NCBI GenBank assembly: GCA_002269645.1
Contig: NIVC01002066.1
Coordinates: 143,687-207,686 of the forward strand
Source: Macrostomum lignano
Taxonomy: Eukaryota
Direction of reading: 5' to 3'
Length of the DNA stretch: 64,000 nucleotides
Part shown: positions 23,050-34,392 of the stretch, piece after piece
Layout: every line of letters begins with the position of its first letter
Position numbering within the stretch: position 1 is the stretch's first letter
Notes under the pieces: model-generated
What the model was told of the DNA's origin: nothing
Seen by the model: the letters and a program-made list of their open reading frames with translations, nothing else
Database searches by the model: none
Made by a program: the position numbers and the translations under genes

Positions 23050-25057
23050 TGATGGGTTTCGGCTTTTTCGGCCCCTTTCGGGAAGCCTTCGGGCTTCAGG
23101 TCTCAGAAATAAATCAATTAGAGTCCTGGCCCCCCATTCCTGTCAGATGGTCAGCCCCATGGTAGCTTGATCGTGTGGCGAGCAGTCTAGGTCCTGTAGC
23201 TAAGAGAGGGACAGCGAGAGACAAGCAGGGAGAATTTTGAAGGTAGAGATAAGCTAATCCGCAGATTAGCTAACTCGCTGCCACCAGCCCGTGCGTCCTG
23301 GCTCACCAAACCAGAACTTTCGAAATCGGGCTTCCGACTACAGGGGGCTTAGCACTTACCTGCTAATTAGTGTCTTTTTGCTGTCAATCTCGAAGTCATA
23401 GCCGATGATAAGGGACACTGCTGGGACTTGATCGCATTGGCCATGCAGGTACAGAGGGGGCTTGTGCAGGGGATTCTTGCAGTGGCGAGACTATGGGGTA
23501 GCTACATGTACTATTACATTGCTAAATACGAGGAATTGTACTTTTGGCCTTCAACGCGCCAACCAGTCTCTCATAGCGCTGATGATAGGCTAACTCGAAC
23601 ATCGGAGACCGCATGATTCACCACCCGAGCCGCTTGGCGAATCTAGAGTGCACAGAGTACATCTCTAGCGCCGATTCTGCACTATTGGCAATTTTGCTAA
23701 CTGATTTGATAGATTGATCAACTGAGAACTGCCTTGCCATTAGTCCACTGTGACCGGCGCGTACTAGCTTAGCTACTCATTTGAGCCATCGGCGAACAGA
23801 AAAATAAAACCGATAAAAATAACTGTCAGATTTAACCTTCTCACTGATTCACTTCACACCTCAGATTGAATTGGAGTTTCAGACTACCAGCAGTATTATT
23901 GAATGACTTCTGCCTCAGTAACAGCACTACTGAACAAATTGAGCAAAAGTGTGCGCCTAATCCAGCTACTGAAATAGGGGACAGACAAGGGATCACCCAA
24001 TCAAGCAAGTCTAGATAGCCTTTCACCCAACCAATCAGAAACTCAACAGGAGACCAGGTAATCCACAGTGACCGAATCGGCTTAGTGCTTCGCAGCTGTA
24101 GACCCGGGATGATGCTAATGTCACAATCTTCGCAGAAAGCTAGCAGGTGATGATCTTTAACCTTGATGTTCGCTGCTGACGACCGGGGGGATTCGTCCTT
24201 GATGATGACGGGGGAGTCGCGATCCGGGGATCAAGAGACGACGGTCGCGTGTAGCAGCCGGGTGTCAGGTGACAGGTGACCGGCCAAGTTGAAGTCCGAG
24301 CGGGCCAAAAACGCCGGTTTTTATAGACGCCAATTGGACCGCAATTTGTTATAATGAAACACTTTGACGCTGATTGGCTGAGCCGATTTGTCATAACGCA
24401 CGTCGAATTTTCTGATTGGCTGAGCTTGTTGCCACCCAAAATCACGTGACCAGAAGATCCTATCAGTTCCCTCGGGGCCATAAAAATACGCGAGGTGCAG
24501 TCATAAATCACTCAAAATCACTACACAATGATTTATGACCTTTCGCGTAGGAATGACAAAATTTATGAAAAAAAGTACATTAGAAAGATTTTATTAAGTA
24601 GAAAGTGAAGATGGTGAAGAGAATTCACTAATCGCTAATCCCAAAGTACTTTTAGGAGTAAAACGCATAGCTGTCAAAGCTGTCACACGCTTGAGAGAAC
24701 ACGATCAATAGTCTCTGACCTCACAAATCTGATGGCCTGTCAAAAATGATGAGAAAAAAGCTACCGCCCGCATCCTCTCAGACCATCTGGCGCCAGCCTC
24801 AGCATTGATTGAGGCGCAGGTGGCTGTCAGACCAGCTCAAAAGCAATGATTTATGACCCCAAAAGTAGTAAAAACTGCACCTATGTTATTATAACTACAA
24901 GTATGGCAGATTCATATGGCTACAAAAGTCCTACTAGTATGAATTCTAGGAAAATTACATAGAAACGAGAAAAATGCCCATAACCTTCTGTTAGTAGGCT
25001 AGCAAGTTTGGAGCCCATGTGCGAGCGTGAAATTTGGGAAAAAGTGCGTCCTCATCA
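23050..25057 (-). mobile_element. Solo LTR (2008 bp)
   Basis: Termini TGATG...CATCA; 4-bp TSD GTTT (23046-23049, 25058-25061); empty site in the paralogous module at about 49471. Minus-strand TATAAAA at 24325-24319, several CCAAT boxes at 24333-24419, and a GTAAGT donor at 23299 (orientation inferred from these). Confidence 0.75.
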
Positions 25058-25642
25058 GTTTCATTATCATAGTAAATTACCTACTTGTCGAAACAATTTT
25101 CATAACATTTTCACACAACGCTAACACTTTCAAATATTGTAACTCGTATTCATACACCATTTAAAAGTATCCAACCTTTTGAACGAGTATTAGCTCGCAA
25201 ATACATCGACTTATACTGGCCAAACAGCCAAACTTACTACTACTACAGTACTAGCTCGTAGTAAATTCAAGCAAGTGGCCGACACTGACTCAATTCAGTG
25301 TTGAAGCGTGCCCATTTTGTCTTTTATCAAGCTGTCTTAATAGCATGGACATGAAAGTGAAGCATATTTATACTTATACCAATTTTTTTGGTAGATACGC
25401 TCGTATTTACTTCGATTTATTATCATTACTTATTTACTTTCATTTATCTTACGCTCGTATGGCGTTATGTTGCGCAAAATGGAGAGCTTGCGTGCACAGC
25501 AGCCATCCACCTAGTGCTTTATTTGCGTGCATGGAAGCCGGCTATTAGCCGCAGTATAGGCCTAGCTAGTGAACTGGACCCTTTCCTTCAAGTCCATGCT
25601 CAGCTCACCAAATGAGCCAGTCGGTCACCGCACCGCTCGAGC

Positions 25643-25940
25643 TCAGCCACGCACGAACAGAGTCTCATCGGGGAGGTGACCCGTGGTCGCGAACTCGTGC
25701 TCGTGCGCCATGCAGTAGATTGAGGCATTTGAGGAACTCCCCAAACTCCTGAATCCTGAATCCCAATGCGAAATACTAATAAGGTGAAAAATGGAATTGC
25801 ATCTAGTGTCTTTAATGAAGAAGCGAAATTCGATTGCTGTCGCTCCCACTATCAGCTCCTACCAGAGATCTGTAGGAGGTGCTACAGAAGCACTGCTGAC
25901 TGAGCTGTATACTACGGGAAGCTGCTCAGAGAGCAGACCC
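25643..25940 (-). pseudogene. Degenerate WSC+PAN remnant
   Basis: Ends ...GHLPDETLFVRG* followed by the family 3' UTR (25591-25642, near-identical to copies 2 and 4). Upstream fragments CSLSSFP and QCFCSTSYRSL resemble ECYCGNSYGSH. The 5' end is replaced by the satellite. Confidence 0.65.
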
Positions 25941-25971
25941 TGCTCACTCTAGTGAGTCCTCCCATAGGCCA

Positions 25972-26469
25972 AGAATCCGCCCCCGGAATCCGCCCCCGGA
26001 ATCCGCCCCCGGAATCCGCCCCCGGAATCCGCCCCCGGAATCCGCCCCCGGAATCCGCCCCGGAATCCGCCCCCGGAATCCGCCCCCGGAATCCGCCCCC
26101 GGAATCCGCCCCCGGAATCCGCCCCCGGAATCCGCCCCCGGAATCCGCCCCGGAATCCGCCCCCGGAATCCGCCCCCGGAATCCGCCCCCGGAATCCGCC
26201 CCCGGAATCCGCCCCCGGAATCCGCCCCCGGAATCCGCCCCGGAATCCGCCCCCGGAATCCGCCCCCGGAATCCGCCCCCGGAATCCGCCCCGGAATCCG
26301 CCCCCGGAATCCGCCCCCGGAATCCGCCCCGGAATCCGCCCCCGGAATCCGCCCCCGGAATCCGCCCCCGGAATCCGCCCCCGGAATCCGCCCCCGGAAT
26401 CCGCCCCGGAATCCGCCCCCGGAATCCGCCCCCGGAATCCGCCCCCGGAATCCGCCCCCGGAATCCGCC
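25972..26469. repeat. 13-bp minisatellite (GGAATCCGCCCCC)n with 12-bp variants
   Basis: Read directly, about 39 units. Confidence 0.95.
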
Positions 26470-27297
26470 ATCACAATCTGCTCCCAGAACCGTCAGCTTA
26501 CAAAATAATATCGTCTGTTAATGAAAAATTATTATCCGTGATTCAGAGTGAAAAAAATATTATTTTAAACTTCATTCACTTACACGAGAATGCAACTGCA
26601 GAGTTAAGTTTTTCATAATTCCCAGTTTTAACCAGTTTCCAAGTGGTTTTATTCTTTTAATTCTATCCACCTAAACACCAGGGGTCGGCAAACTCCGTCA
26701 CAGAGCCTCTCTATCCGGCCTTTGGGTCTTCTAGAAACTTTTCAATGGCAATCGGGCCCTCTTTTTTCTTCGAGTACCCCATGCAGATTCTTTTTCTTGA
26801 CGCTTGGCGAAAGCTTCCAGTCCAGAGCAGTGAAGGGGTTGCAGGTTTTGTCAGACGAACGAACTGTGAGCTATGGGTTTAATAACTCATGGGTGGCTTT
26901 GCAGTGTCTGCGAGCCTTGTCTAATATTCCTTCGGTGTATCCTAACCCTTGCAATCTAATGGCGGAATCTTTTGAATGCGTGCTCCATCTATTCGTGGAA
27001 ATAAATGAAGCTTGCACTAAAGTCATAAAATTTGCATATTCGTTGCGATGTGGTTCTATCGTAAGCAAACGAGCAGGCGCTGCTTCGGTTGAATGCTCAC
27101 TGGACTATTCAAAGCTCTCATTTAATTCAATGCGCACGAAAACAGTCAATTCAATTGTCCTGCCAGCCAAGTTTTCGCGGATATATAGTATATAATAAGA
27201 TGCGAAAATCTCACAAGCTGATAAGGTTTGCTTTGTGAGCCATAAAAACCAGACAAATTTCCACGTCTCATTCGAGTCTCACTGCTAAAGCTAGACG

Positions 27298-28244
27298 ATG
27301 CAAACTTTTACGTTGGTCTTCGCCATCAGCGCTTTGCTTCTAGCCGCCTCACATCAGGTGGACTGCGTGTTCTGTCCGCCAGGATGGCTGTTGACAGCCT
27401 CGCGCGGACTGTGCATCGGGACTCCGTCATTCCAAGCCGCTGCAGGCATCCGGGCAGCTGCGGCCGCTGATTTCTGCGGCAGAGCCGTCAGGCAGGCTGG
27501 TCTGGCGAGCACAGCAGCCGACCCGGATGTGCTTCGGTTGGGGCAGAAACTGGCGAAGGGACGGCGACTGTGGGTTTCCGGCTGTTCGAAGGCTTCGATC
27601 GAACGGAATGAGTAAGGCTGCTGTCTAGTGCTGTTTTTCGTTGATTCAGTATTTAGCACGGGCCAGCCACCCCAGGCACAGCGGGTCAGGGTCCCGCTGA
27701 CGAAAGCTCCCCTAGAAACTGGATTAAGATTGCTATATAGTTTATCCATCGGTTTCTACAGGAAGCTTCGACAATAAACTCTCAAGACAGTGAACCTTAT
27801 TTACATGTACCTTTATTGATCAAATATACGAATCTAAACCGTACAACTTCTCCACAATGTCGCAACTGTTGCAGTGAAAGTCGTCAGTGCTGTGCAGTCA
27901 ATCCCGTTGATAGAAAAATCACGCCAACAGCTTGTTCGGAGCTGCTCCCTCCTCTGTGCTCCGCGCCTCCCTTGCTGAGTCGGCAGAAGCGGCAATACTC
28001 TTACTACTACTACTACTTATACTCCACAACAGTGCCTTCATCATACTACTCAAGCAGTTCTTATGTAGGAACGGTTCTAGGTGTGATTTTTGGAGTTATA
28101 GTACCGATAGTGATTGTTGTGCTTGTGATCTGGTGCTGCTGCAATTGCTGCAAAAGCAAGACGGTTGTCGTAAATCCAGTGCCTCAGCCCCAGCCTATGG
28201 GTATGGGGGTGAACATTGTGAATGTTCAGAATATGCAGCATTGA
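27298..28244 (+). CDS. Lectin-TM copy C (227 aa)
   Basis: Exons 27298-27611 and 27875-28244. RQKR-QYSYYYYYLYSTTVPSSYYSSSSY, TM, WCCCNCCK, tail ending NMQH. Confidence 0.85.
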
Positions 28245-29632
28245 GGACTGCTATAGCTACACTCAAACTGTATATGGATGTCTCTACAACAAAAAACATT
28301 TAGCACCACTGCAAAGTGAGAGTACCTAGCTACTGTGCATGTAACTACCGTATTTCATTTTATTCCATATACATGTACGTCATATAGATTTGGTAAATAT
28401 ATATCATGCTTTAGTTCAAACTCTGTAACGAATTTCATAAAAAATTCTTATATTACAGTTTTTAAAAGTTGCAACTAGTAAACTGCAACGTGTCTGTTTT
28501 TTAAATAACTGTATTTTAGTGCTTAAACAACTTTATTTTGCGTTAGTTCGCTATTTTTACTCATGTTTTAGAGCAAAAAATAGATTGCATACCGCATTAT
28601 CATGAAATAAAAAAATAAACGCTTCTATTTTGTCACCAAGGAAAAATTGGTAAAATTTCACACTCGATACAGTGTAAATGTTTTGAAGCCATTTCCCGGT
28701 AAGTGAATGTAGCGGTTGATCGGTGAAAGTATGAAGTGCGCAATTTTGGCGTTCACAAAACAAAGTTCTGTGCTCTGTAGAACTTTTAAAACTTACTGCT
28801 ATAAATGTGAAATAATGGACTTTACATACTACTTTACTATAATGACAGTAGCGCAAGCTCCGCGATTAGGCCGCAATCAGGCCCCGCGCAACCGTAAGGC
28901 AAAAAAGAAGCCTACATGCAAAGATTAACCTTAGGGGCGCGCCCCGCCCCCACCATGCAGTAGTCAACAGGAATTCGCTGAGGAGACACCGGCGGCCGGT
29001 ATCTCGAAAGAAAGTGCGAAGCTCACGGCCGTTGTCCGGGTTGGTTAGCTCGTCCATCCGCTGGTTAATGTGGCCGAGGTGTTTTGAGCCGTGCCTTTTT
29101 GAATCAAGGACAGAAGGTCCGCGGTCTTCTCTCTCCTATGCCACAGGGAAAGACAGGTGGGAGAGGGATCAAACCGCTTTGCAACAAAATATCTTTGGAA
29201 GGAAGATGGCAATTAAGACCCAATGACCACTAGAAGTTACTGGTAACTTCTAAATGTATATATGTATAGTGTTTCTTGTTAGGACCTTGCAAATCTGCCT
29301 GAGATCGGTTCTGTTACATGTATGTGAGAACAACAGATATTCAGAGACTTTCCTGTTCAGGTATGGGCATCGCAGAGCGGGTCTGCATGCTTGGCCTTAG
29401 CTGTATTCGGTGCAACACTGGCCTGTTCCACTGGAGCTGCATGGTGTTGCTGGTGGTGCCACCTGTAGCTGCTGATATGCGGTTGTTTGCAACCTAGGCA
29501 TGGGTAGCCTCATCAGACTCATGGTTGACTCAAATGGTTGACTCAAAAAGCCGCATATGGGTTGCTGCCCGGCAGCTCCTTGGCGAGAGAATCCGCGAGA
29601 TCGCTGTCCAAGGATATATTACTACTGTGACG

Positions 29633-29990
29633 TCATGGTGTCCTAATCCCGTTAAGGACTGAAAGAGATTCGTACACACTCAATACATCGCATGGTAGCA
29701 TTGAGATACAGTTGCAGTGGAAATCTTCGTTGGTTAAGACCTTGATAGCGGCTTGAATATCAGTGTAAAAATGAATATTGAAATTCATTATGTTCGCCCA
29801 GCTGGAAAGCAGGTGCTGGAGCACACTGCTTAATGGCGCGAATTTCGGCTTGGAAAACCGGGGGTGTTAATTCTTACCGAGTTTCAGAATTTCTTGAAAG
29901 AGCATCATGCCCTCGTGGAATATGACGATACCCGTTCCAGCGTTGCCGTAGCACCAACAGCCGTCGTCAGTTTGAAGCAGTGGATACCCT
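29633..29990 (-). pseudogene. RNase H fragment of a non-LTR retrotransposon (I/R1/LOA-like)
   Basis: Frameshifted motifs TDDG...AGTGIVI, VFQAEIRAI and IHFYTDIQAAIKVL match non-LTR RNase H (YTDG...FQAE...YSDS.AA). Confidence 0.7.
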
Positions 29991-30851
29991 GGCTGTGCTA
30001 ATTCACACCAAAGAAAGGGAGGAAAGAAAGAAAGAAAGCAATAAAGAGAACGAAGGAAGAAAGAAAGGAATGCGAAAGGGGCAATGTTTTGTTTTAACCA
30101 ATCACACCCCAACAGCGAAAGAGACGAACAGCAGGCAGGCAAAGGCTTATGGCCCGAAGCAGCGCGAGAGGTGGGGAAAGCGACCCCGTAGTAACGATAA
30201 GTTTATTTTGCAAGCAAACGAGATTAAAAGAAAAAGAATGTGCTTAAAAAAAATTTGAGCTGCAAAGCCAAAGCGAGCGACGGGGCACAGAGGGCGGCGT
30301 GCAAATAAATAAGCGGGTGAGCAAACCCCCCCCCACCCCACGGGGGGTAGAGAGGACGGAGCACAAAGGCGGCACAATGCACAGCGCGAGGGGTGGATGG
30401 CTAACACCCATTTCACTCCAGGCTCACAAAAGAGCCTAAGAGAAATGGAGGCATTAACCAATCACACCCCAACAGCGAAAGAGACGAACAGCAGGCAGGC
30501 AAAGGCTTATGGCCCGAAGCAGCGCGAGAGGTGGGGAAAGCGACTCCAACCCCGAAAAAAGGAGGAGAAAAGGAGAGAACAGGAAGATAAAAACAAGGAG
30601 GCAGCAAAAGTAAGCGAAGCCAGGCCACGAACGCCAAGGTAAAACGCCAAAGGGTCAATAAAACGAGCGAGTAAGCAGTCAAGAGGCCAGGCAGGCAGCG
30701 ACCTGCCGAGCTGCTGCCCGACGGCGGGCAAACGACGCCTCATCAGAGAAATACCGAAAGACGCAGTCTGAACGCCAGTCGCCCATGCAACGGATGTCGG
30801 CGATTGAGAGGCCTGACTGAAAGGCAGCGCTGGCCCCGCCTCTACGCAGAC

Positions 30852-31887
30852 CACAGAACATAGACAGAATGCCCGATCGGCTGTCGCGGGATGTTTAGAA
30901 ATTAATATGCAAACAAACTACTTTTGTGGTGAAGCGGAGCAGTAGTTATGAAAATTCGATATGCATATATATATATTTATAATATATGTAGACTCTGCGT
31001 ATGATTCTATAAACTTATATATTGCTTCAGAATTTAAAATTAACAGGTTTGGCAGTGCCCAAATAGGAATAAAACCGTAGACGTTGTCCCCAATCATTTA
31101 TTTGAAACAAAAAACATATTTGAAACATTTTCCATCAAAACACTGCACATCGTCCTCAGTGCGACCTTCTCTCGGCCTTCTCTCCTTCGCAAGTGGAGAA
31201 ACTCTTACTCTCGGACGCGAGCGTCGGTAAGGTTCTGCTATTTCTTTGTACAGCTGGAGCATCGGGTAAGCCGTGGGCATCAGTCTGACCCCAGGCTCAT
31301 GTCTCTGGTCAGGACACACGTACATGCTGTCGGGAAAATGGTGGCTGCACACGACAGCGTTCTTCCACCTCGCTTCGTTTTTCTTGCCCAAGAGGTCTGC
31401 TCGGAAGATGCGCCGAGCCCAATCTTCACACCTACAGTAGTTAGGTTTCAGTGAATGACTATGGGGCAATAGCAGGAAAGTCACGCATGTACATGAACAT
31501 ACCTTTCTCGGTTTGCTGGGAATCGATGAAATCTCGTTTGTGCAGGACATTTGTTTGCGTAATTCTGGCAGCCATAAGCAGCGCATTGCCTTCTTGATGC
31601 TGTCATGTTACAGTTGTCTCTGTTTAATGCCTTCGTTGCTACCAATCACTGCCTTATTCATGTCAGTAGCAGCAGCCGCTGCCACAGAATATACTGTATA
31701 TTCTGTGGCAGCGGCTGCTGCTACTCGCAGTCTCAGTCGTCTATGGCAGAACCTTTCCAAGCCGCATACGCGTAAGTATAAGTGGCTACTATCTTTCTTC
31801 ACCACAAAAGTAGCTAAATATGCAAATACTTTTTGTAACAGATTTTTCTGCGAGAGGGCTGATCGGCCATTCTGTCTATATTCTGTG
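30852..31887 (-). mobile_element. Non-autonomous P-superfamily element (1036 bp)
   Basis: 27-bp TIRs CACAGAACATAGACAGAATGCCCGATC / GATCGGCCATTCTGTCTATATTCTGTG (2 mismatches); 8-bp TSD ACGCAGAC at 30844-30851 and 31888-31895; THAP gene inside. Confidence 0.85.
31098..31606 (-). CDS. THAP zinc-finger-only protein (145 aa, 2 exons)
   Basis: Exon 31606-31503 (MTASRRQCAAYGCQN...FHRFPANRE), 71-bp intron GTATGT...TGTAG, exon 31431-31098 (CEDWARRI...VCSHHF...LMPTAYP). Complete C2CH/THAP signature; no transposase catalytic domain. Confidence 0.8.
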
Positions 31888-32654
31888 ACGCAGACTGTGA
31901 CCCGAGAAGCCGCACTCGCCAAAGCCGCACATAGACATGCCCCGCTTTAGGAGCCGGATGAACATAACGGCAGACAAGAGAGTCCGGCCGCGGCTGCCTA
32001 GGACAGAAAACAGGGGCTGCTGCGGTCCGTAGATTTGATTCTCGCGCAGATGAGTTGCTAGTGCGGAAGCGGGACAGATAAGCAGGCATTCAGAGGCCTG
32101 CGGCAGAAATAATTCCAGTTGCCGCTCCTTGAATTGGTTTGTCTTTGACCTGTTGAGCACCAGCCGCAGACCACCGGGGCACGCTGATAGGCAGCTCCGG
32201 GGAAGAGCGTCCGCAGCGGTGGATGGTAAGAGCTCGCCGAGCCTAAGGACTCCCCACCAGGCCACCAGCAATGCTGCCTGGAAGGCGGCCAGCAGACGGG
32301 GCGGCAGCGAATGACGTAGCTCGGTGGAGCTGCAAAGCAGGCGGAGGTGGCTGGGCTTCAGCGGCGTCGCACGCCGAGGCTGCCGGCTCAGAAGACGCCG
32401 AGCCCCGCGACACACGAGAGCCAGGCGAGCGCTGCCCTTGGTCGGGTCTGGTGACGCGGAAGCCCTATGTAGGTAAGACACCGCGCTGAGGCTTGACTGC
32501 ACACTGGAGTAGGACGCCGGTCCACGTTGTAACAGGAACGAGACAAATTGGCAGACATCAGACTCGGAGGCGGCGGTCGCGGGAACTCGACGCTGCCGGC
32601 AGAATTCGTTCCAGACTTGTAAGCGGCTCGCATAGGACTTCCTGGAACTAGGCG

Positions 32655-34322
32655 CTAGTGACAGGCGGCACAGAGCGGACACAGACACGGTGGAGCGGAG
32701 CGGAGCGCGGCTGCGACCTGCGAATGAAGAGCGGTGCGAGACACGGCAGAAATGGTGTGGGAAGCAAATTCGAAAGGACAAATGCATAAAGAGCCGTAAA
32801 GACGGCAGCAAAAATTAATGAGCTCTCTGCTCGAGCCCCCCATTCTAGAAGCGGAGTCGCTCAGCAGCTGCATCTGGCCAGGAAGGTGGAACGCCTAGAG
32901 CTGAATTCCCGACGTGAGGCACACGAGAGCAACGGTCTGATAGATGCGAATGAGCAGAGGATGCCGACAGGACAGCTTATTGACCATGCCGACGGCAGCA
33001 GTGCTGTCCGAGTAAATCACCACGCGGCTGTTCCTAAGCTGCTCGCGGAAGCGCAGGATGGTAAGCAGCGGAGCCAGCGCCTCCTTGAGGTTGATGTGAA
33101 GGTCGCAGAACTTGCTCTCAAAGTCCTTCTCCCAGCTGAAGTACGTCCAGTCATTGAATTCGCTGCCAAAGACGATGCCAGCAGCACCCTCGCAACTGCT
33201 ATCAGATTCGATGGCCACAAGTTGACGAAAACGGGGGCGAATGACCGTCGGCGGCAGAGAACTCACGACGCGCAGCCACCAGAGGAAGAGGTTGCGAAGC
33301 TCAGATGGCAGCCGGGTGTCCATTCTGCAGCTGAGGATGTCGAAGAGCGGGCGCAGGAAAGGACGCAAAAGCCTGTTGATCTGGCTGAGCCAGCACAACT
33401 TTCCGGCCAGTTTTTCGAGCTGCTTCAGTTTAACAACGTCACGTGACAGGCAATCGTTCAGCAGTTTCCGAATGTCGTCTTTCTTGTTGCTTGGAAGTGA
33501 CAGGGTGCCGTTCACAGTGTCAACCAGCACGTCGAGAAACACAACGTGTTGAGCTGGAGCCACGGTCTTCTGCCTGTTGATGTCGAAGCCTAAGTTCTGC
33601 AGCAGATCAACCAGATAATTGAAGGCCTCCTGAGCCGCTTCTTCAGTATCAGCGGCTACTGCCCAGTCGTCCAAGTAGTTGACGGTAGCTGTGAAGCCAA
33701 TGCTGAACATGTGGCGCTTGATGCAGGCCGATAAGCGATGGAAAATCTCACATGACGCTCGAGCACCAAAGGGCAACCGAGTGTCAACGAGCACCGAGTC
33801 ATCGCTGTCGGCAGAGAACCGCCAGCTGAGGCCCGTGAGCACCTGGTCGTCAGGGTGAATACCGACGGAACGATAGGCCTGCTTGAGGTCCATTTTGCCG
33901 ATAAACGAGTTTGGGCGAAGATAGCGGGTCAGGTCTTGGACAGAGGCGAAGCGCAGCCCCTTTTCCTGCTCATAGCTGTCGTTGACGGAGGACCCCGAAG
34001 GTCTAGAAAGGTCATGAATGACCCGGACACTGCCGTCAGATTTTGGAATCGCCCCGATGGCGTTCACCATGACAGGGCCATTGGCGAGCTGCAAGCGGCC
34101 GAGACGGAGCTCCTCGGCGAGCTGTTCACCAACCTGCTTGGCTTGGTCCAAGGCCGATCGGTAGTTGGCGGAGCGGGCAAGAAAAGGCGGCGATCTATTG
34201 ATGAGCCGAAAGCCGTAGCTAAGGCCGCTGCGAAGAAAATCTTCGTCTTGGTCACCCAGAAGCAGCGGCTCCCAGACGACAGAGCGCGGCGCGGTGGAGA
34301 GAGCAGGGTGCGAGCAGGGCAA
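32655..34322 (-). pseudogene. Ngaro RT-RNase H ORF with a nonsense codon near the end
   Basis: KMDLKQAY, LPFG, YLDD; RNase H SDSS, NLKEA and YSDS. TAG at 32897-32895 lies before the in-frame AFHLPGQMQLLSDSASR. Confidence 0.9.
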
Positions 34323-34392
34323 TGAGCAGATGGAGGCAAGATAAAAGGTGACGGCGAACGGGGGTTAAAAGCAGGGCGGCTATAAAAAAGAT

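Larger units (their letters stand above)
30679..32811 (-). pseudogene. Ngaro tyrosine recombinase ORF split by a P-like insertion
   Basis: LLVAWWGVLRLGEL (R), RSKTNQF (K) and GHSLR up to 31888. It resumes at 30851 with LRRGGASAAF...GDWRSDCVFRY. Confidence 0.9.

Noticed and set aside
25944-26521. Gly/Pro-rich ORFs (collagen- or mucin-like)
   Set aside because: Translations of the 13-bp satellite with 12/13-bp unit variation that shifts the frame.
32886-34325. Plus-strand ORFs opposite the Ngaro RT
   Set aside because: Antisense shadows of a GC-rich coding region, with no motifs.
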